Below, piece by piece: positions 52,346-64,000 of a stretch of 64,000 nt of DNA. A program made the translations under genes and the position numbers. The stretch is from Mobula hypostoma (Eukaryota), in contig NC_086097.1 of the NCBI RefSeq assembly GCF_963921235.1, positions 197,968,001 through 198,032,000 of the forward strand, given 5' to 3'. How positions within the stretch are numbered: position 1 is the stretch's first letter; every line of letters starts with the position of its first letter. The notes beneath the pieces are model-generated. The model worked only from the letters and a program-made list of their open reading frames with translations. It was not told where the DNA came from and searched no databases.

Positions 52346-55160
52346 GCAGCCTCGGCCTTTCGTCCTTGTTTTTCTATTCTGGTCATCTTGAAATGAATGT
52401 GAACATTGTATTTACCTACCCAATCACTGATTCAAACTGCAAATTAACTATTAGAGAATCCAACACAAGGACATCCAAGTCCCTTAGCAACTTAGATTTT
52501 TGAGTTTTTGTCTCCAATTAGAAAATAGTCTATGCTTTTACTCCTTCCACCAAAGTGCATGACCACACTTTCCCAGACTGTATTTCATCTGCCATCTATT
52601 TGCCTATTCTCTTAATATGTCTAAATCCTTTTGCAGCATCTCTGCTTCTTCAAAACTACTTGCACCTCCACCTACCTTTGTATTGTCTACAAACATGGCC
52701 ACAAAGTCATCAATTCTGTCATCCAAATCTTTGACATATGAAGAAAAAAGAAGCAATTTCAACACAGTGCCCCACGGAACTGCACAAGTCAGTGGCAGCC
52801 AATCAGAAAAGGCTCCCTTTATTCCCACTCTTTGCCTCGTGCCTATCAGCCAATGCTCCATCTATGCCAGTATCTTCCTTGTAACACCGTGGTTCTTAAC
52901 TTGTTAATCAGCCTCATGTGTGGCACCTTGTCAAAGGCCTTCTGAAAATATTATGTCCTTTGTCTATCCTGCTTGTTATATCTTCAAAGAATTCCAACAT
53001 ATTTGTCAGGCAAGATTTTTCCTTAAGGAAACCATGCTGACTTTGGACTATTTTACCATGTGTCTCCAAGTACCCTGAAGTCACATCCTTTACAATTGAC
53101 TCACTCCACTAACTGGTCGGACTAACTGGCCTATAATTTCCTTTTGTTTGCCTCTGTCTCTTCTGGAATAGAGTGACATTTGCAATTCTCCTTTCCTTCG
53201 GAACCATGCCAGAATCTATTGATTCTTGAAGAATCATTACTAATGCCCACACAATCTCTTCCGCCACCTCTTTCAGACTCCTGGGGTGTAGACCATCTGC
53301 TATAGGTGGTTTATCTACCTTCAGATCTTTCAGTTTCCCAAGCACCTTCTCTCTAGTAATGGCAACTTCACTCGTTTCTGCCTTCTGATACTCTTGAACT
53401 TCTGGCATATTACTAGTGTCTTCCACAGTGAAGACTGATGCAAAATACTTATCCCCTATTACTACCTCTGCAGCATCATTTTCCAGTGATCTAAGATCTA
53501 CTCTCATCTCTCTTTTACTCTTTATATAACTGATGAAACTTTTGGTATTCTCTTCAATGTCATTGGGTAGCTTGATTTCATATTCCATCTTTTCCTTTTT
53601 TTGACTTTTTAGTTGCCTTCTTTTTGGTTTTTAAAAGCTTCCCTTTCCCCTAACTTCCCACTAATTTTTGTTTTATTATATGCTCTCTCTTTAGCTTTTA
53701 TGTTAGCTTTGACTTTCCTTGAGCCACAGTTGTGTCAGGCTGCCTTTAGAATACTTATTTTTCTTTGGGATGTATTTATCCTGCGCCTTCCGAATTTCTC
53801 ATAGAAACTCCAGTCACTGCTATTCTGTTAGTGTCCCTTTCCAAACAACTTTGGCCAGCTCTAATCAATCATGCCTCTAATTTCCTTTACTCCACTGTAA
53901 TACTGATATGTCTGACTTCAGCTCACCCTCTTAAATTGCAGGATGAATTATATCATATTATGATCAATCACTCTCAAGGGTTCCTTGATCTTAAGCTCTC
54001 AAATCAGTTCTGATTTATTGCACAACGTTCAATCCAAAATAGCTGATCCTGTGGTGGGCTCAATCATGAGCTGCTCTAAAGAGCCATCTCATAGGCATTC
54101 TACAATTTCCCCCTCTTTAGATCCAGCACCAACCTGATTTTCCCAATCTCCCTGCATATTGAACTCTCCCATGACTACATTAACTTTGCCCTTGTGACAT
54201 GCATTTTCAATCTCCCATTGTAATTTGTAGTCCACATCTTTGTTTCTGTTTGGGGGGGTCTGTAACTTCCATCAGGGTCTTTTTACCCTTGCAATTTCTT
54301 AGCTCTACCCATCGTGATTCTTCACCTTATGATCCTTTGTCACCTTTTCTTCCGGATTTGATTTCATTTTTTACCAACAGAGGCACCCCCCTCCCCTCTG
54401 CTTGTCCTTTCAATTCAATGTGTATCCTTGGATGTATCATTCTCGTGATAATGGGCCCAATACTGCTCACAAACTCCAAATGTGGTCTGATCAATGCCTT
54501 ATAAAGTCTCACCATTATATCCTTGCTCTTATTTTCCTGTCCTCTTGAATGCTAACATTGCATTTGCCTTTCTTACCACTGACACAACCAGCAAGTTAAC
54601 TGTCAGGAAATCCTGCACAAGAACTTCTAAGTCACTTTGCACCTCTAAGTTTTGAATTTTATCCCCATTTAGAAAATATTTTGTGCCTTTATCCCTTCTA
54701 CCAAAGTACATGACCATACACTTCCTGACACTGTATTCCATCTGCCATCTGTTTGCCCATTCTTCCAAACTGTCTAAGTCCTTTTTCAGCCTTCCTGTTT
54801 CCTCAACACGATCAGCCCCTCCACTGAACTTCATATTGTCCACAAACTTGGCCATAAAACCATCAATTCTATTATGTAAATCAGTGACATGTAACCCCTA
54901 TGACTATTGCAATATTGCCCTTTTTACACGTGTTTTCAGTCTCCCATTGTAATTTATATCCTGCATCCTGCCTATTGTTCAGAGGCCTCCCTTCAAGGAC
55001 TTTTTACCCTTGCAGTTTCTTAACTCTACCCACAGGGATTCCACATCTTCCAATCCTATGTCACCTCTTCCATTTTTTACCAACAGAGCTATCCCACCAC
55101 CTCTGCCAACCTACCTGTACTTTTGGTAAAATGTGTATCCTTGGATGTTAAGCTCCCAAC
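52345..55160 (-). mobile_element. Stacked degenerate CR1 fragments
   Basis: RQRVGIKG..FVDNTKVGG, YFASVFTVED..NYRPVS, KALIRPHLE; endonuclease segment present twice (about 54165-54435 and 54893-55150). Confidence 0.85.
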
Positions 55161-55275
55161 CTGTACCTGGGATATTGATTAGAAAACCTGGGCTATATGA
55201 TACTCACTTTAATGATTTAAAATCTGAAAAACAGCCTGCAGATGCTGGACATCTAAAACATAACCCATAAATTCT

Positions 55276-55680
55276 ATTGTTGTCGGCATCCAATTGCCCA
55301 CCATTGAGAACATCTACCATAAACGCCGCCTGGGCAAGGTGAAAAGTATTATCAAGAATGCACCTCAAGGACTTTTTACTCTCCTCCCATCCGGTAGGCG
55401 CTACAGGATCCTCCGCTCCCACACCAGCAGGTACAGGAAGAGCTTCTTCCCTGAGGCTGTGACGCTGCTGAACCTCCCATCACAGCGCTGAGCAGTATTG
55501 CACCCATATTGTACTGTCTCAGTACTTTTATATTAGTGTGCTGTAGCAGTTACTTTTTATTCGCAGTTATTTTGTAAATAACACTATTATTTGCATTTCT
55601 GGTTAGATGCTAACTGCATTTCATTGGCTTTGTATCTGTACTCGGCACAATGACAATAAGGTTGAATCTAATCTAATCTA
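55276..55680 (+). mobile_element. Young Rex1/Babar 3' end inserted in a PLE-type repeat
   Basis: LFTLLPSGRRYR..RKSFFPEAVTLLN; (AATCT)n tail; flanks GCAGATGCTGGA and AATGCTGGAAATACTCA rejoin. Confidence 0.85.
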
Positions 55681-58600
55681 AATGCTGGAAATACTCAAGG
55701 TCAGGCTGCATCTGTGAGAAAAGAAGCAGGGCTCTTTCCTACTCTAAGGAGTGATTAGTTATTTTGTGTTTGTACATCTGTCTGGAGTTTGGGTTGGACT
55801 TCAGAAAAACATTTTAACAAAAAAGAACCAAATCAACCATATTCTAGGACTCTTTAATTATATAGCAATAAATTATAATAAAATCACAGCAGTATGAAGA
55901 AAGACATTAAGCAGATTACAAAGTTTCTTAAAATAAGATTAAATGATGCAGAAGTAAAAATAACTTGAGTATATTAAGCATTCCAAATTTCTATCTACTT
56001 ATCTAATTCAGTTATTGTTAACCTCAAGTTGCAATTCACATGATCCATTTCTGAATACAAGAGGATCTGCAGATCCTGAATATCCAGAGGAACACAAACA
56101 AAATGTGTTTGAATATTTCTGAGTGATACTCTTTCACCTCTGTGTGGTTAATATGTTAAGTAAATTTCAAGTTTGAAACTCATTCATTGCTGTTATTTGG
56201 TTAATATCTAATTTATGCTGAATATATTCATAAAAATTATACTGGGCTCTATTTATAACTCAGTATTATTTTCATCGATTATGCAGGAAGATTACAAATT
56301 GAACATGCATTATTTTTCAATGAGTCCAATTAGTTTACTTGCATCCCTTGTGCTTAATTATTTTACTAAATAAAGCTTCCCATTCCTCAAACTCATCACA
56401 TGATAAATGCTGGCAGAAATGAGAGAGCTCATGAAATTATGATTTAGAAATACATAAAAAGACATGTTCTGAAAGATATTTATTAAATATACAGTTTTTT
56501 CCTTTTTCTAACTAACGCTGTTCCACCCTACAACTTCCAATAGTCTAATCCTTTGCTTTCCTTTACTTTTACAGAAATTAATTTTGAAAGTATTCTGGAA
56601 GTCTATAAACTTCTACTCCATCATGTTGCCAGAGTTCCAGCAATGCACTTCAATTATTAAGTATCTGGTTAGTCATTGAAAACCTTTATTAAATATTCCA
56701 TCTTGGTTCTAAAATGAGGGACAATTTTTTCATGAATATATTCATCTCAAATGAAAATCATACATTATTCTATAAGCAGATGCACAAAACCAACCATTCT
56801 TGATGATATATCAAATCATTTCGGGAAGCACATAGTGGCCTAGACATCAATTTTCCTTAAGCTATTTTTTCACTGACTTGTAATTGAAAATTAACTTTCT
56901 TCAAGATGAAATGTGATGCCAACCATTTCTGGGACATTTCACTTTACTGAGAATTTGAGCAGGCACTTACTGAGGTAAATCGCAGTTGTGCATAATGAGT
57001 TTTTGGTGCTGAGTGTCCACGTGAAGGAGTCAGTTCTCACTTAACACCACCTTTTAGAGTCAGCAGATGGAAATTTGGTGACACTTTTCCAGAGGGCCCT
57101 TTTTATTGATCACCGACAAACCAACTAAGTTTTCATAACCCTGCTTGCTCTGAATATGTGCAATTTAAAGGAACACACACTTTCTCATTAACAGCTTCTG
57201 TAGTGTGTTCAATCCAATATCTAATCCCCATCACTACTAACACTTCTACTGATCTCGAATGCTAAAGTCAGAGTTCAGAAACTAGTTACGAATGGACACC
57301 AGTGTGGTTCTGTAGTTTGCTGGAAGACTTGGAAACCCTGCACGTGCATTAGAGGGACAAGCTAGGGTCCTTCAATGAAAATATGAGAGAGGACCTAGAG
57401 GCTTTCTATCCCTTACCAGCTTTTGAGCTCTATTGTAAAGAAAGCCATGACAGCAGGGGAAACTTATCAGAATTCACTTGGCCTTTTGCAGCAGGAACTG
57501 CATTGTGGATGCTATACTTCCTCTTGTATTGTCAATATTCGCCGCTTACTCCACTGCTAACAAACAGATGAGCAGAGTCCTTGCTGGCAGCAGGCAGATG
57601 AGAAGAAGGGAGCAAGAGGAGGAAGATGAGGGAGGAGAATGAAGAGGAAGGAAAAAAGAAAGAGTTGCTTAGCCATCATCAAGAACACAAACAGTATGTG
57701 TCAGTAGAAGATCTAAGTGTCAAGTAGTGCAGACAGGGAGTCCTATCTGAACTTGCTGAGAATGACCAATAAATAATAGAGTAAATTATTTCCTGCCCTC
57801 TCGGAGACATCTGTCACCATGACAGCTATTTCATATCTTTTGATAAGAGTCTTTGGCCTCCCTAAACTCCTTTCATTTTTACCAGTGGATCAGATAAGCA
57901 CAGACTACAGAAACATATGTTTAAAACTCCAAAAATGGTCATTGTACAATCATAAGGCTTATTCTGTATTTTCCATTTTGTTTAACCTCTGCAACTGACC
58001 TGAACTTACTAAGCTGGGCCTGGAGTGATAGATTGTGCACAAATTGTATGTTTTCACTAAAAAAATGGCGTGAGGTGTTTTATGTTTAAGAAAAACCATA
58101 TAATCCTTCACAGGTCCATTAGAGAGGGCTATGTGAACTTGATCAGGCATTTACTACATGAAGTGTTCTTTAAAAATAAAACAAAGATGGCTATTTCCCA
58201 GGAGAGACAGCATGTGGTCCATTAGCTCTGATGGCTTAACATCGCTGAGGCCAGGCAAGGAGAGCAACTGTTTGGCGTGCTCAGTTTCCAATAGTTCACA
58301 TGTCTGTAAAAGATGAGTTCTCAGCAATTGGTATTTATCGTGTTCAGGCGGGTTTTCTCATAGACTCACCACTCTCACAGCTGTGGAATTGCCAAGTGTT
58401 GCTACAACATAGTAGAATTTGGTGTTGTCAGCAGTGATTTCTTGTAGCTCATGCAAATTAAGCAATGGAATTTTGCTCCCAAAACTCCAGCAGTTTCAAA
58501 GTGACTGTGTTGGCTGACATGTCCAACAACTCTGGAATCATCTGGGTTACCAATATTGGTTTTCGTAAATAAAATGGCGTGAGTCATTTTATGTTTAAGA

Positions 58601-59288
58601 AAATCATAACAACTCCTCTCTTGTGATCAAAACAATGAACACAAAGTGAAGTAAAAATACTTTACATAATTACATCATCACATCAGACCTGAACCCAATT
58701 CAAGGTCGCCAATTGTGAATTATGTACATTTCCACCAATTACATTATCTTACAAAATTTGTGGAAAGGTTTATTTGTTTCAAGTATAATGTCAATCCATA
58801 TGTTTCCAACTGAAATTGCTGAAAGTTAGGCTACACACATAATAGCCCAGGTGCATCACACAGGTGAATTGATATCATTGTTTGGATAGCTAGTAGCCTC
58901 ATGGCAATAGACAATTTCTTTCAAAATCTTTACAGCTTTCAATACATTATTGTACTTAAAAGGGTTCTACATTTAAGTAATTCAATAATTTACAAAGATT
59001 TGATTTACACATTGATATAGTGGCATTGATTATTTGAGTACATGGAAGAAGCAACGTGGCTGGTAAGATCAGCCCTGTTGGATCGTTGACCTCATTCCTA
59101 GAACTGTAATTTGCCTTGCCTGCATCTGACAAGCAAAAGAAAGTGAGGTCAAGTAAATGAAAGCTAAACCTGCAGCCCATTAAGGTTGCACTTAAAGATG
59201 ATCTCTTAACAAGAACACTGCTATGGACACAGTGCTCACTGTGATGGCTGAGTGCTGGATAATTACTTAATGTGAAGGTTCTAACAGC

Positions 59289-59421
59289 GGAAAATGAGAG
59301 AAAATCTGCAAATGCTGGAAACCCAAGCAACGCACACAAAATGCTGGAGGAACTCAGCAGGCCAGGCAGCGTCTATGGAAAAAAGTACAGTTGATTTTTC
59401 GGGTTGAGACCCTTCAGCAGG
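59289..59421 (-). mobile_element. PLE-type repeat, mutated hammerhead core
   Basis: AAATGCTGGAGGAACTCAGCAGGCCAGGCAGC...TTTCGGGTTGAGACCCTTCAGCAGG; possible TSD AACAGC. Confidence 0.8.
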
Positions 59422-60924
59422 AACAGCTTTGGGTGTGAAGTCATAAATATTGAAATTGGCTCTAGTAGTTGGGCCAGACTGTTAGTCAGTTAATGAAACC
59501 TTACAATAACATGGTATGTTTATTTTTAAATATCTAATTCCACTCATTAATCCTAAGGGTTTAACTTGTATAAACATATTGTTTAGTAGAAAAGGTCTCT
59601 GTAAATGGACATTGCATAGATTATATCTTTGAATTACATAGCAGTAGCAAAATTCAAGTAATTAGAATTTATTTAATAAGGCGTGAGCTAATTTAACATG
59701 AATGAATTGAATTATTAAAGTGTAATCTGTAAAGGACCGTTCCTGACAGGCTCCTATATGTCCCTCAAAGACAGGGGTCATAGCCCATTGCAGATGGAGA
59801 AAGGTGGGCATTGCCTCCTGTATCCTCTTGCTGCAGGAAGAGATCTGTGCTCTTCTCCCATCTGAGAATTGACACGGTGCTGCCTTCAACACTGAGACAT
59901 GATCTTCCCTCATATTAATCTGAAAACAAACATCTTATCATCTGCGTTTCAATGATCTGTCATTTTGGATTGCTTTGTAGCTGCTAATCCTGGTGTCCTG
60001 GATTGCATTAAAATCTAACACACTAGGATTAGCCCCTCCATTGTATATGTCCGCGCTGCAATGCACTATATACTGATTGTGCTTAACAAAACCTGTGCCT
60101 TCTGTTGGGTCAACTCCAGGTCTAGGCAAGCTGCTACACCTGCTCTATGAGGCTGTCAATCTCCAGTAATTAGAGATATTTAAAAACAAATCAAATAGGT
60201 TTCAATAGTAATAAAATGTAGTATAAAATTTTACTTACTCAAGATATCACTTAAAATAAGTAAAAAGAAAACTAGAGACACAAGAGACCACAGATGCTGG
60301 AAAACAGAACAATAGACTGCTGGAAGAACTCAGTAAGTCAGGCAGTATCTGTGGAGTGGGACGAATGGTTGGTTGAGATCCTGAATCAGGACAAACATTG
60401 AATTTACTAGTTATTCCAGGTTCTAGCACCTGCAGTTTGCTTTCTCTTCGTAAAAATCTGTTATTACCTAGTATAAAAAAACAAAATGAGTGTACTAATG
60501 TCTGAACAATAAGGCCTTTCATTGAGGCGGTGTTTGTTAATATATAGTAGATAAATGAAACATTGTGGTGTTGCAGTGTAATCTTTGGTGAGTTGCCAGT
60601 GTGCAATCTCAGTTTCACAGTATTACAGTATGCCTCAGTAATCCACTGCTACCAGGCTTCTCCCTTTCCGCATTAGGCCTCTACCAAGATGATAAAAGAT
60701 GGCTTCTGATTACAGTTCAGGAAAGCTTGCTGAGGGGATTGGCTGAGAATCTATGGTGAAAGAAGTTACCTTTAAGGAGGATAGGGCTTTCAAACCCAGC
60801 AATGTCATTGTAATTCTCACCTGACCATGCAGTGGATTTCTGATCTACTTGACTAAAATTTCCAGGTCTCTGTATATTGATCTGGGGGCTTTTTCTCTTC
60901 CTTCTCTTTCTTTTTTTAGTGAAT

Positions 60925-61555
60925 TATTCAAAGTTTAAAGTAAATTTATTATCAAAGTACATCCTGTATGTGTCACCATTTACAACCCTGAGATCCATTG
61001 TCTTCTGGGCATACTCAATAAATCCATAGAGTAATAGCAATAACAGAATCAATGAGAGGCCACACCAACTTGGGCATTCAACCAATATGCAAAAGACAAC
61101 AAGCTGGCAAGTACAAAAAGAAAGAAATAGTAATAATAAATAAGCAATAAATACCAGGTACATGAGATGAAGAGTTCTTGAAAGTGAGTCCATAAGTTGT
61201 GGGAACATTTCAATGAAGAGGCAAGTAAAGTTGAGTGAAGTTATCCCCTTTGTTTCAAGAGCCTGATGGTTGAAGACCTGGTGGTGTAAGTCTTGAAAAT
61301 GGTACCTTCTTCTTGATGGCAGCGGTGAAGAAAACATGTCCTGGACGGTAGGGTCCTTGATGATGTGACAGTGGTTTGTAGAGATTTGCTCATGGTGTGG
61401 AGGGCTTTACCCATGATGAACTGAGCAGTATCTAATACTTCGTAAGATTCTCCATTCAAGGGCATTGGTGTTTCCATACCAGGCTGTGATGCAGCCAGTC
61501 AATATACTCTTCACCACACATCTAGGACTTGTCAAAGTTTTAGATGTCATGCCAA
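60925..61555 (-). mobile_element. Rex1/Babar 3' fragment
   Basis: TTCAAAGTTTAAAGTAAATTTATTATCAAAG tail; LPSRRRY motif. Confidence 0.8.
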
Positions 61556-61859
61556 GTTGTAGCAGTAACTAGATGCTAAGCATTTTAAAGACTAGACTCC
61601 TGACATCATTGTTTGTCTGGCTAAGTGTAATTATACTAGTTTCCTCTGGTAGGAAATCCTATTTTCCAAACAATACCGAAATGTGAAGAACATCTCTGAT
61701 GCAGTCGAATCACAAATGGAGATCAATTCTATGGCAACTTTTAAATATAATACCGGGTTAAAGCACAACGCAGCTGTAAATTTCTTGTTTAGAATTAAAT
61801 GAATTTTTAAGGTAGTATGTGCAAGAGTAGATCCTTCAAATGGCCTAAACTTCCAATAA

Positions 61860-62052
61860 CATAAACACAAAAAAATACTGGAAACAAGCAGTTTGTCAGG
61901 CTGCATTTGTGGGAAGTGAAGCAAAACGCTGTGATTTGAAATATTAAGCCTATTTTTCTTCCCACAGATATGACTTGATCTGCTGAGTATTTCTAGTATT
62001 TTTTGTTTTTACTTTAGACTTCCAGCATCTGCATTTTTTAAAATTTGGATCT
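61860..62052. mobile_element. Old hairpin PLE-type repeat (a similar one lies at about 60270-60445)
   Basis: AAAATACTGGAAAC...TGTGGGAAG / CTTCCCACAGAT...GAGTATTTCTAGTATTTT inverted arms; TTCCAGCATCTGCA end. Confidence 0.6.
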
Positions 62053-62254
62053 CCAGTAAATATTGAAGTTGGCTCCAGTAGTTGGGCCAGACCATTAGTC
62101 AATTAATGAAAACTTGTAATCATGTAGTATTTTTATCAGAGAATCTAATTCCACTCATGGAAAAAAGCTGCAAAAGAATTGTGAGGAGTTAAAGAAAAGG
62201 ATGAAAAAAATTTCCAGGCACAAATAGAAGCTAGAGAGAGTAACAAGAGAAATT

Positions 62255-64000
62255 AGAGATAGTATCAATTCCAAAGAAGAAGCATACAAATTAGCCAGAA
62301 AAAGTGGCTCACCTGAGGACTGGGAGAAATTCAGAGTTCAGCAGAGGAGGACAAAGGGCTTAATTAGGAAGGGGAAAAAAGATTATGAGAGAAAACTGGC
62401 AGGGAACATAAAAACTGACTGTAAAAGCTTTTATAGATATGTAAAAAGGAAAAGACTGGTAAAGACAAATGTAGGTCCCCTACAGACAGAAACAGGTGAA
62501 TTGATTATGGGGAGCAAGGACATGGCAGACCAATTGAATAATTACTTTGGTTCTGTCTTCACTAAAGAGGACTTAAATAATCTTCCAGAAATAGTAGGGG
62601 ACAGAGGGTCCAGTGAGATGGAGGAACTGAGCGAAATACATGTTCGTAGGGAAGTGGTGTTAGGTAAATTGAAGGGATTAAAGGCAGATAAATCCCCAGG
62701 GCCAGATGGTCTGCATCCCAGAGTACTTAAGGAAGTAGCCCAAGAAATAGTGGATGCATTAGTGATACTTTTTCAAAACTCGTTGGATTCTGGACTAGTT
62801 CCTGAGGATTGGAGGGTGGCTAATGTAACCCCCCTTTTTAAAAAAGGAGGGAGAGAGAAACCGGGGAATTATAGACCGGTTAGCCTAACGTTGGTGGTGG
62901 GGAAACTGCTGGAGTCAGTTATCAAAGATGTGATAACAGCACATTTGGAAAGCAGTGAAATCATCGGACAAAGTCAGCATGGATTTGTGAAAGGAAAATC
63001 ATGTCTGACGAATCTCATAGAATTTTTTGAGGATGTATCTAGTAGAGTGGATAGGGGAGAACCAGTGGATGTGGTATATTTGGATTTTCAAAAGGCTTTT
63101 GACAAGGTCCCACACAGGAGATTAGTGTGCAAACTTAAAGCACACGGTATTGGGGGTAAGGTATTGATGTGGATGGAGAATTGGTTAGCAGACAGGAAGC
63201 AAAGAGTGGGAATAAACGGGATCTTTTCAGAATGGCAGGCAGTGACTAGTGGGGTACCACAAGGCTCAGTGCTGGGACCCAAGTTGTTTACAATATATAT
63301 TAATGACTTGGATGAGGGAATTAAATGCAGCATCTCCAAGGTTGCGGATGACACGAAGCTGGGCGGCAGTGTTAGCTGTGAGGAGGATGCTAAGAGGATG
63401 CAGGGTGACTTGGATAGGTTGGGTGAGTGGGTAAATTCATGGCAGATGCAATTTAATGTGGATAAATGTGAAGTTATCCACTTTGGTGGCAAAAATAGGA
63501 AAACAGATTATTATCTGAATGGTGGCTGATTAGGAAAAGGGGAGGTGAAACGAGACCTGGGTGTCATTATACACCAGTCATTGAAAGTGGGCATGCAGGT
63601 ACAGCAGGCGGTGAAAAAGGCGAATGGTATGCTGACATTTATAGCGAGAGGATTCGAGTACAGGAGCAGGGAGGTACTACTGCAGTTGTACAAGGCCTTG
63701 GTGAGACCACACCTGGAGTATTGTGTGCAGTTTTGGTCCCCTAATCTGAGGAAAGATATCCTTCCATAGAGGGAGTACAAAGAAGGTTCACCAGATTGAT
63801 TCCTGGGATGGCAGGACTTTCATATGAAGAAAGACTGGATGAACTGGGCTTGTACTCATTGGAATTTAGAAGATTGAGGGGGGATCTGATTGAAACGTAT
63901 AAAATCCTAAAGGAATTGGACAGGCTAGATGCAGGAAGATTGTTCCCGATGTTGGGGAAGTCCAGAACGAGGGGTCACAGTTTGAGGGAAGCCTTTTAGT
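62255..64000 (+). mobile_element. Young 5'-truncated CR1, RT largely intact
   Basis: 342-aa ORF 62501-63529 with KSPGPDG, NYRPVSLT, QHGF, DFQKAFDKVPH, GVPQGSVLGP and VADD; one stop and a frameshift downstream. Confidence 0.95.

Noticed and set aside
57540..59960. Harbinger transposase or Myb-like remnants
   Set aside because: Only vague resemblance (purine-rich tract, SDGRR peptide); no catalytic motif or TIR could be confirmed.
62501..63529. Longest ORF as a host or novel reverse transcriptase gene
   Set aside because: Ordinary 5'-truncated CR1 ORF2 with downstream lesions.

Overview
Vertebrate genomic DNA, most likely a cartilaginous fish (shark or ray, inferred from the repeat families). 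The only host gene is coding exon 1 of the two-pore K+ channel KCNK9/TASK-3 (+ strand, ATG 8596, splice donor after 8878), set in a CpG-rich, repeat-poor promoter region with RE1/NRSE-like and CTCF-like motifs. Exon 2 is not visible, so everything after 8879 (over 55 kb) appears to be intron. The rest is dense, nested mobile DNA: CR1 and Rex1/Babar LINEs, an RTE, a Hero-like tail, V-SINEs, a solo LTR, a complete Buster/Charlie hAT and a complete Tc1 element. The most interesting non-genic signal is a family of about 15 short Penelope-like (PLE) repeats carrying a minimal hammerhead ribozyme core (CTGATGA-A-GGG...CCC-GAAA-CG-TC). Three of them are 190-270 bp hairpin insertions with 12-14 bp target-site duplications (TSDs). 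All calls are by eye; repeat boundaries without TSDs are approximate.
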